NCBI RefSeq assembly: GCF_009914755.1
Contig: NC_060925.1
Origin: the human T2T-CHM13v2.0 reference genome, Homo sapiens
Direction: 5' to 3' (one strand)
DNA: 64,000 nucleotides
The translations under genes were made by a program, and so were the position numbers. How positions within the stretch are numbered: position 1 is the stretch's first letter; each line of letters starts with the position of its first letter. Positions 27,829-42,354 of this stretch are shown here, in pieces. The notes below the pieces were generated by a model that did no database searches, was not told where the DNA came from, and worked only from the letters and a program-made list of their open reading frames with translations.

Positions 27829-30135
27829 GGTATTAGTTCATTTTCATGCTCGTATAAAGAAATACCTTAGACTAGGCAATTTATAAGGGAAAGCAGTTTA
27901 ATTAACTCACAGTTCCACATGGCTGGGGAGGCCTTGGGAAACTTACAATCGTGGCAGAAATCATAGAGGAAGCAAGCATTTTCTTCACAAGGCAGCAGGT
28001 AAGAGAGAGAGCACAGGGGAAACTGCTACTTTTACACCTTCAGTTCTCATGAGAACTCCCTCACTATCATGAGAATAGCATAGGGGAAAACACCCCCATG
28101 AACCAGTCACCTCCCACCAGGTCCCTTCCTTAACATGTGAAAATTACAATCTGAGATGAGATCTGGGTGGGGACACAGAGACAAACCATATCATTCTGCC
28201 CCAGCTCCTTCCAAATCTCATGTCCTTTACACATTTCAAAAACAATCATGCCTTTCCAACAGTCTTTTAAAGTCTTAACTCATTCCAGCTTAAACCCAAA
28301 AGTCCAAGTTCAAAGTCTCATCTGAGACAAGGCAAGACTCTTCCACCTATGTTCCAGTAAAATCAAAAGCAAGTTAGTTACTTCCAAGGTACAATGGGGG
28401 TACAGACATTGGGTAACTGTTTCCATTCCAAATGGGAGAAAATGGGCAAAACAAAGTCTGGAACCCACCTGGGCAGTCATTAAATCTTAAAGCTGTAAAT
28501 CTCCTTTGACTCCATGTCGCTCATCCAGGCCATGCTGATGGAAGGGGTGGTCGCCCACAGCCTTGGGCAGCTCTGCCCCTCTGTCTCTGCAGGGTACAGC
28601 TCCTGTGGCTGCTTTCACAGGCTAGCATTGAGTGCCTGTGGCTTTTCCAGTCACATGGTCCAAGCTGTTGGTGGATCTACCACTCCGGGGTATGGAGGAT
28701 GGTAGCCCTCTTCCATCCCACAGCTCCATTAGACAGTGCCCCAGTGGGGGCTCTGTGTGTGGGTTCCAACCCCACATTTCCCTTCCACACTGCCCTAGCA
28801 GAAGTTCTCCATGAGGGCTCTGCTCATGCAGCAGACTTCTGCCTGGACATCCAGGCATTTCCATACATCCTCTGAAATCTAGGCAGAGGTTCCCCAAATT
28901 CAACTCTTGTATTCTGAACACCTGCAGGCCCAGCACCATGTGGAAGCTGCCAAGGCTTGGGCTTGCACTCTCTGATCCAATGGCCTGACCTGTAGCTTGG
29001 CCTCTTTTAGCCATGACTGGAGCTGGAGTGGCTGGGATGCTTGGTGCCATGTCCTAGGGCTGCACAGAGAAGCAGGGCTCTGGACCCAGCCCATTTTTCC
29101 TCTTAGGGCTCTGGGCTTGTGATTGCAGGGGCTGTCATGAAGATCTCTGACAAGCCCTGGAGACATTTTAACCATTGTCTTCACTCCTTGTTACTTGTGC
29201 AAATTTCTTCAGCCAACTTGAATTTTTCCAAGAAAATGAGTTTTTCTTCTTTTCTACCATATGGTCAGGCTGCAAATTTTCCAAACCTTTACACTCTGCT
29301 TCCCTTTCAAACATAAGTTCCAATTCCAAACCATCTCTTTTTGAATGCATATGACTGATTGTCTTCAGAAAAAGCCAAGTCACCTCTTGAATACTTTGCA
29401 GCTTAGAAATTTATTCTGCCAAATACCCTAACTTATGTCTCTGAAGTTCAAAATTCCACAGATCTCTAGGGCAGGGGCAAAATGCCGCCAGTCTCTTTGC
29501 TAAAGCATGGCAAGAGCGACCTTTGCTCCAGTTCCCAAGAAGTTGCACATCTCCATCTGAGACCACTTCAGCCTGAATTTCATTGTCCATATCACTATCA
29601 GCATTTTGGCCAAAACCATTCAACAAGTCTCTAAGATGATTCAAAGCTTCACAAATCTTCCTGTCTTCTTCTGAGCCCTCCAAACTGTTGCAGCCCCTAC
29701 CTGTTACCCATTTCTAAAGTCGATGCCACGTTTTCAGGTTATCATTATAGCATTTCCCCACTCCTTGTACCAATTCTCTGTATTAGTCTGTTTTCACAGT
29801 ACTATAAAGAAATACCTGAGACTGGGTAATTTATAAGGGAAAGAGGTTTAATTACCTCACAGTTCCACTGGCTTGGGAGGCTTCAGGAACCTTACAATCC
29901 TGACAGAAGGCAAAGGGGAAGCAAGCACCTTCTTCACAAGGCAGCAGGAGAGAGAGAGAGCACAGAGGAAACTGCTACTTTTACACCATCAGATCTCATG
30001 AGAACCCCCCTCACTATCACGAGAACAGCATGGGGGAAAACACCCCCATGATCCAATCACCTCCTACCAGGTCCATCCCTCAACACGTGGTGATTACAAT
30101 TTGAGATACAATTTGGACACAGAGCTACCATATCA
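27829..30135 (-). mobile_element. Full-length THE1 (THE1D-like) MaLR retrotransposon: LTR 27829-28193, internal 28194-29778, LTR 29779-30135
   Basis: Two similar ~360-bp LTRs ending 'accatatca'; ~1.58-kb internal region with MaLR-int remnants (ORF 29411-29683 'LLNGFGQNADSDMDNEIQAEVVSDGD'); 5-bp TSD GCTAT at 27824-27828 and 30136-30140. Confidence 0.95.
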
Positions 30136-30288
30136 GCTATCTCATTGTTCCTGTTCAAAGGCTCCTTTGATTTCAGTCAAGGAAGATTGCAAAATACCTT
30201 ATCTATGTACTATATATGATAACACTTCAATTACCAACAAAGAAATCTTAAAAATTCACTCCTACTACAAACAACTTTATTTACATGT

Positions 30289-30694
30289 TGCTGTCATTTG
30301 AATGTTTGCCCCCTCCAAAATTCAGTTTGAAATTTAGTTGCCATTGTGAAAGTATCAACAGTGGGGCTTTTAAGAAGTGATTAGTCCATGGGGGCTCCAC
30401 CCTCATGGGCGGGATTGATGCCATTACAAAAAGTGGCCTTGTCTTGCCTGCTCTCTCATCTTCTCTTTGCCCTTCCATGGTTCTGTGGTGTGAGCAAGAG
30501 TATTCCTTCCCTCTGGAGGATGCAGTGCTCAAAGCACATTCTTGAAAGCAGAGACCAGGCCCCTTACAAGACACCAAACCTGCTTATGCCTTGATCTTGG
30601 ACTCCCCAGCTTCTAGAGTTGTGTGAAATAAATTTCTGTTTTTGATAAATTACCCAGTCTCAGGTATTCTAACAGTACAATACAAACTAAGACA
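30289..30694 (+). mobile_element. MST-family solo LTR (MSTC/MSTD-like)
   Basis: tgctgtcatttgaatgtttgcccc...aataaatttctg...aaactaagaca; near-TSD CATGT/TATGT. Confidence 0.85.
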
Positions 30695-30758
30695 TATGTT
30701 AATAGGTTTACTTCAATGCTTTTCAAAAGTTGTGATTACTATTAATACTAGTTTAATT

Positions 30759-30971
30759 CAGAGTTTCTCAACTTCTACAATATTGACATTTTGGGTCAGA
30801 TAATTCTTTGTTGTAGGGGATTTTCCTGTTCTCAGCAGATGTTTAGCAACCTCCCTGGTCTCTAGCCACTAGATGTCAGGTACACTCCCAAGCTGTGACA
30901 ATCAGAAATGCCTCTAGGCATTGCCAAATGTCTCCTGGGAGCAGAATCGTTCCCTGGTTGAGAATCATCTG
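30759..30971. mobile_element. MER20 (hAT-Charlie), near full length
   Basis: cagagtttctcaac...tattgacattttgggtcagataattctttgttgtagggg...cattgccaaatgtctcctggg...ggttgagaatc. Confidence 0.9.
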
Positions 30972-31250
30972 TCTAATATGTAAATTTCTGTTTTTGGTGC
31001 TCAGTGTTGGTATCATTCCTTCATGTATAGCACCAATATTGTCAGGGTGCTTCAGGACCACTGGTTTCCAAGGGACACATGGATTTCAAAAGTGAAAGAT
31101 ATTACTTTAATTTTAGTACTTATATCACTAATCCCAAAAAGCAATTGTCTCTGAGTCTCTTCTTAGATAGATAGTTTCAGAAATAGTCACTGATTAGTTT
31201 CAGATTAGCAGACTTAAGTCTCAGAGTTTTTTATTTTGGCTGTTGTTACC

Positions 31251-31280
31251 TTTTTTTTTCTTTTCTTTTTTTTTTTTTTT
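31251..31280. repeat. Poly(T) tract
   Basis: Direct inspection. Confidence 0.9.
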
Positions 31281-32639
31281 AAGTTTAGGGCTGAATGCTA
31301 ATACAATAGCTTCCAGAAGTTAGAATTTCTGGTGATTTATTATGTGTATATATTAGAAACCTTATCATCTTTTAATATCAGTATACAGTACAAAATTATA
31401 AACATTTGATAAATTTAGGGAACTGTTACAATAAAGTAGACATACTTTAATTTCTTCTAATAACATATTGAAATTCATTTGATTTCTATGCAGTTTTAGC
31501 TTATTATTCTCCTATGAAAATATATTACCATACTTTACAGCATTATAAGGAGTCTCCTATTCTATTTCATACCATTGCAATTAAGTAGATAATTAATAAA
31601 CTTTTCCAATTTTTCTCATTTCATTCCATGTTATGGCAAAATGCACTTGATATGTTTGCCAGAACGAAACTCATACACAAAGAGCTTTTTGCTTTTTTGA
31701 AGTTCAACATCAAATGCGTGTAAGCCTAGAATAGGAAACAGCTCTTTTGAAAATTTAAATTCAAGGAGCTGCTTTGCTGGAAGCCAGTGTATGCTGGACA
31801 GGGCCTGAGAAGTCTGGATTTTATTACTTAACATAAAATGAATCTCAGTTTTTCCATCTGTAAAGTGGTAAAAATATCTTTTGAAAATGTTAAGGGAGAG
31901 TAATGTGATCCTTGTGACGTGTGAACTATGCTTTAAATTCTTTTAAGAAAATCTCTACATTTGTGTTCCTTTTATGTTTGTACATATTGAAAGAATATAT
32001 CAAATAACTCTATAAACTGTTGAACATGTCTAATAAATACCCTTTGATGACTAAAAGTATTTGAATCAATTCAAAATATCAACATGTTTATGTTACTATA
32101 AAGCTGGTATAGCATTAAAACATTGGTTTATATTTCTCATCTTATAATTTCAGAGTGAAAGGAAAAGGCTATTTTTTACAATCTGAAACAATGATAGTAA
32201 AATAAGGCATGAGTTATAGACATTATGAACAATGCCTGAACTGCTCACTTATGATTGTTTTTCATTTCTCAATTGAACACAGCTACAGAGTTTTCCAGTT
32301 GCCATTATAATGGCTGTATTCATTCTAGCTTGGGAATAGTGGTTTCAGATTAATTATATTCAAATTGAAATACAGAGATGTGGCTCAGAAAAATTGCTTT
32401 GGGTTTTGGTGGGCAGATAGTGATTAAATGAATGAGAAAGAAGGCAAATACCAAGGAGATGTTTTATGTATGCTCAACAACATGAAAATACTTACCATTG
32501 TACCCTAATGTATATAATGGGAGCTTAGTGAATACTTGTTAAATTATTTACTGAATGAATAAAACTTACGAATTGGTATGCAAAATGACAAGAACTATAG
32601 AAATATAAGTAAGTGATGGGTTATGTTAAGTTAGGACCC

Positions 32640-33290
32640 TAAACTTTGGTTTTGATCTTGGTTCTGAGATTCAGCCCTTATGCCGGAGAGCGGTATTTAC
32701 TTTTAAGGTGTAACATTTCTGAAGTTTCATCTGAATGCCCAAGGTGCTCAGCAAGGCTTGGTCCCTCCAGATGAGCCAGAAATCACCTTTCCTAGCACTG
32801 CACAATATCGAGTGTCTTCACTCAGCAGTCTGCCCCCAGGAGCCACACTATGCTAAACCTGTGGAGACCTGCCTTGTGTGTGTCAAATCATCTGTTGGCA
32901 GAGAACCTGAGAGGGAATCCCATGAAAACTTTTGGGGGCTCCCATTCTGGGTAGTTTCCCCCTTACTGATATCTTGACCCAGAAATCCCAGCTGTCTCAT
33001 CATCCCAGACTCCAATCTCTGTTTCTTTTACCAGAATGGATCACTGTTCTCTATCTGGGGTCTACGCCCCTGCACTGCAGTCTGGAAAGTTCCTTCAAGC
33101 AGAAACCTGGGTTGGATATATGGTTCATTATATGTTTTTCTTTCTTTCAAGGGTCATAGCCTTGCCTTTCTGTTGCCCAATTTTTTTTAAGTGTTGTCTT
33201 GCATATTTTATTCCATTTTAAGATAGTATTCTGTGGCAAGGTGGGCAAGTCCAATAAAAGTTACTCCATTTCTGGAAGTGGAAGTTGAAA
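32640..33290 (-). mobile_element. Old L1 5'-region fragment (L1M-type), antisense
   Basis: Ends 'gcaagtccaataaaagttactccatttctggaagtggaagt', resembling recalled ancient L1 5' ends. Confidence 0.4.
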
Positions 33291-33378
33291 CATATATGTT
33301 GTTGGATGTTATTTCTAACATTGTGAGTCACTACAACTCTCATTTACATAAAATCTCAGTGAGGATTTATCTAAAAAA

Positions 33379-33552
33379 CGGATGTCCAATCTTTTGGCTT
33401 CCCTGGGCCACATTGGAAGAAAAATTGTCTTCGGCCACACATAAAATAACACTAATGATAGCTGATGAGCTAAAAAAAAAAATGCAAACAAGTCTCATGA
33501 TGTTTTAAGAAAATTTAGGAATTTGTGTTGAGCAACATTCAAAGCCTTCCTC
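33379..33552. mobile_element. MER30 (hAT-Charlie), truncated
   Basis: gtccaatcttttggcttccctgggccacattggaagaa...taatgatagctgatgagct...gttttaagaaaatt. Confidence 0.85.
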
Positions 33553-34899
33553 CACATTGATCCAAAGGATCTGTTCCCCTTTTTTGACTAAAACCTTATT
33601 CTCATTACCTTTAAAAATTACAGCAAATTTTATTTCACTACATCTTGGTAAGTGGCTGAGTGCTGTTTGATGTGCATATCTCTTCTCTGTTCCAGTTCAT
33701 TCAAGTTGATCTTTCCTTGTTTATTTGAAATGATAACTGAGTATGGCCTTTGAGCATAAAAATAGCAAGGACAAGGCATAAAAATAAATGCAAATGAAAG
33801 AAAATAAAGCTCTCATGAGAGACTTGATTCTACAAAAACAAAATTACATAAACTCCACATAACATGTAAGAGAATACACAGTTGAAATAAAATAGTTCAA
33901 AGAGAATTCTGTTTTTTTCTTGAATCAACTTTCAGTCTGACATATTTATAATGCCTGCAAAAGGCAGCAGAGGGTATTAGAATGGTAAATTAAATTAAAT
34001 GTTGTGTTCTAGTGCGGGTATTTTATTTATGTATTTGTTCATTCATTCATTCATTCACACATTCAGTTTAAAAATAAACTCACTTAGCATGGCAGGTGTA
34101 GACTAAGTATCATTTCAGAAATTGCAAGTTTATTTCAGATTTTAGGAAAGGAGATCCAACATTAGGACTAATAAAACTGAAATGACCTTCTGCAAAATGT
34201 AGCACTTTTTTTTTTGTAATGAGTTGTTTCTACCCAGGGATTAATATTTTTTGAATAAAAAATAAAGTTACCAGAGTGCCTTTATTAGTGCATATATCTT
34301 AGTCTGGTTCCCAGAATTGGAAATGGATTGGAGTTCATTTATCCATACTTGCATTTCAAGGAATCTTGATGAATTTAAGGATTTACCCTAGGGTCGTAGA
34401 ACACAAAGCTTACTTGCTCACAGTGTAATAAATACATTGCCCTGAACCCAATAATTCAATGTAATTAGAAACATAAAATAACCAACTAAAGTAACTAGCC
34501 ACAGAGAAAGACACTATAACACCTGTTTTCTGCTTACATGAAGAAGCATGATAATAGAATCTGAAACCTTCCAAGGAGTCAAAGCCATGGATGGTCAGAT
34601 ATTTTAGTGGTCATCAAGTCACGGTATCTCAGGCTCAGGAAAGATGCTTACATAGCTCATATTTTAACTAAATGCCACTTCTTTGCTAGATGGACCCCAT
34701 GACATAAATCAATGTCCCCATTGACAGTGAATTTATTATCACCTAACAGTTAATTGTAGCTTTTGAAAATTTAGATTGAAAAGAGTGTTTTTAATAAGCT
34801 ACACATTTTAGGAGGAAAAACATAGATTTGCAGTTCAGAAATTACTGAATTTAATGTAAATTTTACATCCCAGTTTTTTCCTCTGTCAAATGGACTTAA

Positions 34900-35570
34900 T
34901 GATGTGTGCCTCTTAATACTTTCGCATTATTTTTCAAAATATTAAAAATGAGAAAGTTGTATTGCTTCTTCAAACATGAGATAAATACTATTGTTACCTT
35001 AAGTAAATAGTGAAGAAATTGAAACTTAAGAGAAGTTAGAAGAATTTCTCATTGTCCCATAGGTGGTGAGCAGTAGACCTGGTAGTCAAACCCAGGATCT
35101 CAGCCCTTACTCTTCATTACTGCTTAAAAGGTGCTTGCGGTGTTCACAGGGGAAGTTCTCTACATGGACTAAGTCCTATTGTTATTTCTTCCTTGAAAGA
35201 AACCTGGCCTCTGTCCTACTAAGACACATTCACACATGGCTGATTTCAGCATTTTCTCTCTTAGGCTAAGGTTAACTAAAGGTTTATGCCCCAAATTGCT
35301 ATAGAGCATAGTGGTTAGTTATTGTACTCTGGCAGCAAATACCCCAGTTCAAGTCCACGATCTACCGCTCATTGAGTGTGCCACCATTAGAAAGCTATTT
35401 AGCCTCCCTTTCTCATGGTTTAAAATGGGGACTGATGATAGTATTAAATACACAGGGTGGTTATATGAATTAAATCTGATAATTGGATTAACATCAAATT
35501 TAATTATTAAATCATTAAATGTGATTGGAACTGAATAGGTATTTTATGAATACTAGTCATTCTTATTATT
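34900..35570. mobile_element. Two MIR fragments
   Basis: 'gaagaaattgaaacttaagagaagttag...caaacccagg' and 'gagcatagtggttag...ttaaaatggggactgatgatagta'. Confidence 0.6.
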
Positions 35571-36892
35571 ACTTTTTATCACTAAGCACAAAACAGGGGA
35601 GGTTTTTGTGATGTACTGCCCAAATGGCAAAACAGAAAGAAGGCCTGTTTATCTGGTTTTGTTCTTTATAATGAATACATCTTTACGGCGCTCTGCCTCC
35701 CTGCAACATTATATAACCATGATATCAATTTGCTTAGTACCAAGAAGGTACAAGCCTCTAAGGATGCAGTTCACAAAAAGGTACATTTTTGTTCACAAAT
35801 ATCTCTGGGATAAAGCTCCTTTGATTGATATGTGTTATTTCTTGACTTCTCAGACTTAAATTAGCAGAGCTGAGAAACTTTCAGGTAAAACTATGATTAA
35901 TATGTAAGAATCTCCAATATACACTCACTTTTTTGGGTTATTTGACAGATTCATGACTCTCTGGGCTAATCATATTCCTTGGAAAGTGCATTTTTTGACT
36001 GTTACTTAAGACATCAACAATGTCATACTATAAATGACTACTATGGTAATTTTAGCACATAGTAATTCATTAGCCACATTCGTTTTTAATATACTATATT
36101 CATCTTTTCATGTTCATCCAGAAAGACTCACAATTTCTGATTACAGTCTGGAACACATGTCTCTAATAACAGCTCTTGCTTTGCCAATTTTTAAAATATA
36201 AAGATTCAAGGGTTGTGGAGTAGGTTAGATATTCTACAATTAAACTGATGAGATCAGGCAAGCCTGACTGCTTTGTTTTCTAGAAGTCAAACAGACTGCA
36301 AATTTACAGGATATAAGTAGTTCAGTTAGACAGTGAGGCACCACTGGGGAGACAAATGCTTATTAAGTTCATGGATTAATGCAGAAATAGTGTGTGGAAC
36401 ACTGCTTCAAGAGCTGAGGCTTTAAGCAGCACAATTTGGACATCGCAGTTGTGGTTGTTGTGACAAGCTGTTGGCTGACACAAATGGAGCCAGTTCTAGG
36501 GCAGTTAATAAAAACTGATGAATTCTCATAGTTTGCTCATTTTACAGATAAGAGAATTAGAACCCAGGGAATTCACGTGACTGGTTTAAGATCACACAGC
36601 TAGAAATAACAGCTAGTTATAAATCAATATGCAGAATTTGAAAACAAAAGCCCAACATAATAAAGCTACCAAGGAACAAGGAATTGTTAGAAATAACAGT
36701 TGGGAATATTTGACTGAAGGAAGTGTTTGAGTCTTTCAGTGAGCCAGTCTATAACGTGGGACTCGTGGGCAGCATACTCTAAATACTGAAAAATGGCAAA
36801 TGAAAAGAATATGAATAAAGAGGAAAAGGATGAGACATGTTTTGTCTGCTGATAATTTTAAAAATATATCTGCATAAAAAGCTGAGAAGTGA

Positions 36893-37281
<389 letters not shown>

Positions 37282-38166
37282 AGTCTTTTTTAATATCACG
37301 TGACAGAGAAGAAGGAGAAAAAGCATCTAATGGTGGTTTACCATTTTACCTTGTCTAGAGAACTGCTTTATAGAAATGGTTACTTTCTGGTCCTTACAAA
37401 CTATTAACTGACAAATAAAAGAATATCATATTTTAACACAGATTAAGTGGAAGATTTATACTTAGTATCTATAAGTAAAATGATATTAAAGACTTCTACT
37501 AAGAATGATTTTTAGAGTACATCTGTGTGTTTCCTGCTTAAAAAACAAAACAACTATCACCAACAACATTAAAAGACAGTTATTGGTTGATTTTTAGTAT
37601 GTAACAAAGCTGTCAGTCCATTTTCCTTTAGACCAATTTTTTTCCCTTCATTAAACCAAATAACTTGTTTATATCTTTAGAAAGCTATCAAGCTAAGGTG
37701 CCCTAAATTATTTTTTTAAGTAATTGTAGGTGATACCACTATTCAAGAAATTCATATCTTGCAAAATGAAAACAATGATATGAGAAGCAAGGTACACATT
37801 TTTCCATCTGCAGAAATGGTAACTTTCCTATGTGGATGATTTGTTATTGCTTTGTAGGAAGCCAAATTCACCCACATCTATCAAACAAATACAGTGGTTT
37901 ATACAACTTTTAAAAGCTGTGAAAGCCTGAGTTTTAAAAATCAAACATATTTTTGAACAGAAATAATCCAACTAAGTGAAACAGGTAAGAGCACAATGAG
38001 AATGGAGTCATTGCATGTTGGGAGGAAGTCAGGAACAAGTTTGGGAGGTATTGTTGAACAGTTGAGGACAATCCAGTGAGTAGAATATGGTTGTTCCACT
38101 GCTTTGGCTGGCATACAATTTTTTCCAGAGTTCATAAGGTAGCTGTGTTAGAAAGACATTAAGTAC

Positions 38167-38682
38167 TATTGTTGGGCCTCCATGTCCACAGGTTCCATGT
38201 TCATGGACTCAATCATGGATCAAAAATATTCAAAAACAAAAGCAATAAAATATAGCAATTTGACAGTAAAAGACCAGCCTGGACAATATGTCAAAACCAT
38301 GTCTCTACAAAAAATACAAAAATTAGCTGGGAATGGTGGAGTGTGCCTGTAGTCCCAGGTACTTGGGAGGCCGAGGTGAGAGGATTGCTTGAGCCTGGAA
38401 GGTTGAGTCTGCTGTGAACTGTAGTCACTCTACTGCACTCCTAGCCTGGGTGGCAGAGCGAGACCTGTCTCAAAAAAGAGAAAAAAACAATACAATATAA
38501 CAATTATTTACACAGCATTTACATTGTATTAAATATTATAAGTAATCTAGAGACGATTTAAAGCGTATGAAAGGATGTATGTGGGTTATATGCAATTGCT
38601 ACGTCATTTTATATCAGAGACTTGTGTATCTGCAAATTTTTGTATCTGACAGGGTTCCTGGAACAAATTCTCCATGGATCAT
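38167..38682. mobile_element. MER2-family (Tigger) MITE interrupted by an Alu
   Basis: 'gggcctccatgtccacaggttccatg...atggatcaaaaatattc' and 'acagcatttacattgtattaaatattataagtaatctagagacgatttaaag...cctggaacaaattctccatggat'. Confidence 0.8.
38271..38487 (+). mobile_element. 5'-truncated AluJ inside MER2
   Basis: agaccagcctggacaatatg...gaggattgcttgagcctgg...gagacctgtctcaaaaaag. Confidence 0.9.
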
Positions 38683-38799
38683 CAATAATGATGGTTTTGT
38701 AGACTACAATTTGACTTTGTTTAGCATGTCTATGGTCAGATGACCTTACTTACCTTGATGAGGCCACTACATTTTGTTCAGTTTTCATAAAAATGCTAC

Positions 38800-39175
38800 T
38801 GTACTCAACTGCATTATTGATTCTACTTGTTTCTTGCTGTGGTTACAAAATGGTTGTGTTTCCTGCTTCCACTGATTTCAGGCTTGTCTGGGTGACTTGC
38901 TTCAGCTGATAAAATGAAAATGGGGGTGAAACATGCCTCTTCTCAGCAGCAGCTTAAGAGCACTCATGTGATTTTATTGTAGCCTTTGATTCAAGAATGG
39001 TATATCCTGGTGGAGGTTGCTCTGTAAGCCTGGGCCCAGAAGTGACTAAATATGAAGCAGAGGGAAGACCAAACCATACTGGATATGAAATGTGAATTTA
39101 AAACAAATTATTGTTTCATGATGCTGATAATTATTTGTTACTGCAGCACAATCTAGCTTAAGCTGATTGATGCAA
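38800..39175 (+). mobile_element. MLT1 (J-like) LTR
   Basis: 'gtgacttgcttcagctgataaaatgaaaatgggggtga...tttgttactgcagcacaatctagc...gctgattgatgca'. Confidence 0.6.
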
Positions 39176-40499
39176 CAACCTAAATGAAGTTTCTTATTTG
39201 GCCAAAAAACAGTTCAAGTACTAAAATGAGTCACATCAGCTAAAGTCTGGCATCTCCTCTGTACTTCTCTTTCTCCCTTTTCACTTTTCCTCCCTATTTC
39301 TTTTTATCAATAGCTCTGTAGTGATAACCATTGTGTTAGTATGTTTATAGTCTTTGAGTATATCTAACAGAGTGAGTTCTTCATACAACCAAAAAAGTCA
39401 TAAAATCATGATTAGAGATCATCCAATCCATGCTTTAAATTTCACACAGGTTGGAAACTGAAGCCTGAAGACACATATTGGCTTGTCTGGGTTCATGCAG
39501 CCAGTGAGTGACAAAGTGAACTATAATAGAAAGCTATTATCAAGGTTCCTGGTTCAGAGCAATTTCCATTAGAGACTTCAGTCTCTTCAAGGAATTTCAG
39601 GGTGCTGCAATGAGCTCTGACACAATATTTTTGTCTTTTAAACATTTGGAAAATGACTCATATATGTATAACAGACACAGTAGGAAAACAGGCATGAAGC
39701 ATTTAGGGAACAAAATTATAACTTCTTAGTCTGTTTCCAAGAACCGAGAGGAGGCACAGGAAAGACAGGAAATCAAGCAATATTGGCTACCTACTCTTGC
39801 TGGGTTAAGCAGTAGAGTCTCATCAAAACAAACTTTGTGGATCCCATGAGCATATGAATCTCCTGAATCCAAGTTATTTCTCTACCACAAAAGGCAAAGC
39901 AGCAGTACAAACGCACAAGAAAGGGCCATCCACTGGCTTCACTTCACTTGGGAAAAGTAAGCTTCTTCCTCTGATTGTTAAAATACATGGATTGGCACCT
40001 TTTTGTTTTTTGTTTCCCAAACCTTCTCCACTCCCTCATTCCTCATAAAATGACATGGAGCTGCCTTTAAATTTTGTGCTTTATTCCAGAGAATCAAAAT
40101 ATGAAAATCACCATGACAGGTTTATTAAGAGTCCATGGTCATGACTCCCAAGCTATGTCAGTAAAGGGCATTGCTCCGGCTCATTCCTTGTCCTGTGGCC
40201 TTGCCTTTCGAGGTCCCATCTGAAGGTAAAAATAGAAATTAATGTATTTTGCAGAGGCTGCTCAGTCATCAACCTTCTGATTCTCTTCAAGGACCCTGGC
40301 TCCTGCTGTCTCCTTCTTCAGTCTATGACTTGTGAGGAAGTGTGCTCAAATTTTACAAGCAACAGACTGAGTTTTATTACTCAAATGAAGAATCCATTTT
40401 ATTGAAGTCCAGTATAAGATGAGGTCAGGCAGGCAAAAATATTTCTAACTTAGCAAGAGCTTAAACTCAATAGACTTTAATATTTAGGAATGTTATGAA

Positions 40500-41350
40500 G
40501 TGTGTGCTTTCCCTCTGTAAAGTATTATTCCAGACATGCAATTTAACACACCCCAAACTGTTAATAACCCCACCTGCCTACAGTGATACACACACCCTTC
40601 TCATTCTGGTATTTTGGAATATCCACAGTATGGTATGTCTAACTTCTACATACCCCTACTTTTTCAGGCTACAACCAACATGTCATTCTCCATGCCTTCT
40701 ACTCCCAAAACCTCGAGATTTGCAGTTTCTGTCTTTCAAGGAGTTAATAAATTAATTTCTTTTTCTTTATACTCCCTTGCGTGACACACATATCACTTTA
40801 ATTTGTCCACTAGATTTGGGAAATAATCTTCTAACCATACCAAACTTGCCCCCTTCCAATATATCCCCAATCCATAGATGCATCTTTTGAAAATGTCACT
40901 CCCTTCATGCCAGCCTTCTGGATGAACCATCAATCTTCCCCTAGACATTAGGGTAGAATCCTAAAAGTGGTCTCTAAGACTGACTTCATGTATCTCCTTC
41001 CAAATGCACAACTTCATTTTCTTTCTTTCTTCTAAGTTCCAGTAACACAGAATTTCTCTTAGATCTTCAAATAGGCTGTGTTTTCTCCCACCCCAGGGCT
41101 TCCATACATTATTTCCTTTGGCTGGAATGCTCCTTCCATCAACCTTCCCTTATTTGTTCTTCAAGTCTCAATTTCCTCTAGATATCTCTGGCCAAATGCT
41201 ACTCCCCATGGAAACGTGCACTTTTTCACAGCACTTACTACATATATAAGTATTTGTTTAATAGTGTGGAAAGGGAGATATCCATCTTGTTCATGGATGT
41301 GTCTTCTGCAGCTAACAGAATGTCTAGAATACAATAGCTACTTAAAAGTA
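40500..41350 (+). mobile_element. L2 fragments
   Basis: 'aaaatgtcactccc', 'ttagggtagaatcctaaa', 'cagggcttccatacatt...tggaatgctcctt'. Confidence 0.55.
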
Positions 41351-42354
41351 TATTTGGTGTCTGACTATTCTCTAAAATTGTCACCCTCCTCTTCAGATTT
41401 TATTATAATTACACCAGTTTGGGAAACCTTTGCAAAAAAGATGATTTGGCGAGAAAGTCAGGGAGAGTCAGGAAATTCGTAGCGATAAGGACATGGAAGA
41501 AGAGCATAACAATGTCTAATGAAAGATGTACTTATAATAAGTAACCCTTCATGAAAGAGGAGAAAATTCAAAAAGGGATGTTGACCAAAATAGTGGAGGT
41601 GAGAGAAGGGATCTAAAGAACAAGAAAATCCCTTTAGCAGACAGAGAAGTGATTTTAGTGGCTCTTGCTTTCTATGGGAAATTTGAGCAATACCCAGAAA
41701 ATAGCCTACAAAAAAACTCAGTGTTCCAGGCCACTAAATAGAGGTTCCGGGGGTTTATGTCTCTGTTATTTCCCTACATCCCAGACAGGAAAAAACACAG
41801 TCAGAGAAGCACAGGCTGCTCTACAGTTCATCAGGCATAAAATGCCTGACAGCTCTCTTGAGATCACCATATCAACAAGCAAAGCAACCTAGCTTGTCAG
41901 ATATTATCATTCCTAGCTTGGTCAGCACTGTGCATATCTGGCCCTGCATTGTTACACGAGGTGCTGTACAGCTAGACCAGATGATTTAAGTTCCCACCAT
42001 GTTTTACTAAGATCACTATGTTTTAACTTTGTGATCTCATGCATTTCATTAGAGGTTATTCCTCTATACTGCATTGAAAGATAGAAAATCCCATGATCTA
42101 AAATATGCACACAGAAATTTAATAGCTGCCAAAATTTATCTTACACTATAGGATACTCCTTTGTGTGTGAAGAGAAAGCAGACATAAATGGGAATAAACA
42201 TTTACCAGGTGCATAAAATGTAGCTGGCACTGTGCTAAACATGTTCATATTTACAGGGAAAGCACCAAACACCTCTTTTGTCCAAAGCCAATGACATATG
42301 TTTAACTAGGTTTTGTTTCTACTTTTAACAATAGACAACAACTCAACACTGGAT

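Noticed and set aside
28514-29683. Cluster of overlapping ORFs suggesting a gene
   Set aside because: All lie within the THE1 internal region and are fragmented MaLR remnants
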